Assembly: GCF_009914755.1 (NCBI RefSeq)
Contig: NC_060947.1
Strand: one strand, 5' to 3'
DNA: 64,000 nucleotides
Source of the DNA: the human T2T-CHM13v2.0 reference genome, Homo sapiens
Shown: positions 63,524 through 64,000 of the stretch, one piece after another
How the letters are laid out: each line of letters starts with the position of its first letter
Position numbering within the stretch: the stretch's first letter is position 1
The notes under the pieces: model-generated
What the model was told of the DNA's origin: nothing
The model's database searches: none
What the model saw: only the letters and a program-made list of their open reading frames with translations
Translations under genes and position numbers: made by a program

Positions 63524-63568
63524 CATGTATACATATGTAACTAACCTGCACATGTTATCCTAAAACTT
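63524..63568 (+). mobile_element. 45-bp young L1PA 3'UTR fragment without tail
   Basis: 'catgtatacatatgtaactaacctgcacatgttatcctaaaactt'. Confidence 0.7.
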
Positions 63569-64000
63569 TCCCCCGCTTTGTGACTTCTTATTTCTTCTTA
63601 TATCTTATTGTACAATGTTTGAAAAGTTGTTACAGTTATTATTTTTTATTAGGTCTTCATTTAGTCTTTCTACTTACGATAGTAGTTTACACATCAGAAT
63701 TACAGTGTTTTAATATGTGTTTTTGTACTTACTATTACCAGTGAGTTTTGTAACTTCACATGATACTTACTGCTCGTTAATGTCCTTCTTTTTCTGATTG
63801 ATGTACTCCCTTTAGTATTTCTTGTACGACAGGTCTGGTGTTGATTTAATCTCTGTTTTTCTTTATTTGGAAAGTGTTTAATCCTCCCTCGTGTTTGAAG
63901 GGTATTTCCAATGGATATCCTATTCTAGCATAAAAGTTTTTTTCTTTCCTCAGTCATGCCATTTTCTCCTGGCCTGTAAGGTTTCACTGAAAAATCTGCT

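Overview
Primate (very probably human) AT-rich non-coding DNA, either intergenic or deep intronic. I recognise no host protein-coding exon, RNA gene, CpG island or prokaryotic system. The window is mostly transposon fossils: about 14 Alus, three large minus-strand L1s (34.4-39.4 kb, 50.0-54.8 kb, 58.7-64 kb), old L1ME/L2/MIR pieces, MaLR/ERVL LTRs and DNA-transposon relics (a hAT-Blackjack with readable transposase remnants, MER53, ORSL, MER58B, MER47). There are also two large tandem-repeat blocks: a ~1.36 kb CpG-rich 12-bp-unit array at 8.25-9.62 kb and a ~2.7 kb almost pure A/T multi-unit array at 39.46-42.17 kb. The long ORFs in the track come from these repeats or from broken L1 ORF1/ORF2. 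The most unusual signal is a series of locally templated insertions without target-site duplication or poly(A): an almost exact inverted copy of 40441-40571 at 44132-44320, a 62-bp inverted duplication at 39399-39793, an Alu fragment at 22260-22477 copied from the Alu ~0.7 kb downstream, an inverted self-copy inside an L1 at 34955-35260, and an iterative palindromic insert at 59041-59074. Repeat family names come from my recollection of consensus sequences and were not database-checked. Boundaries of old elements are approximate.
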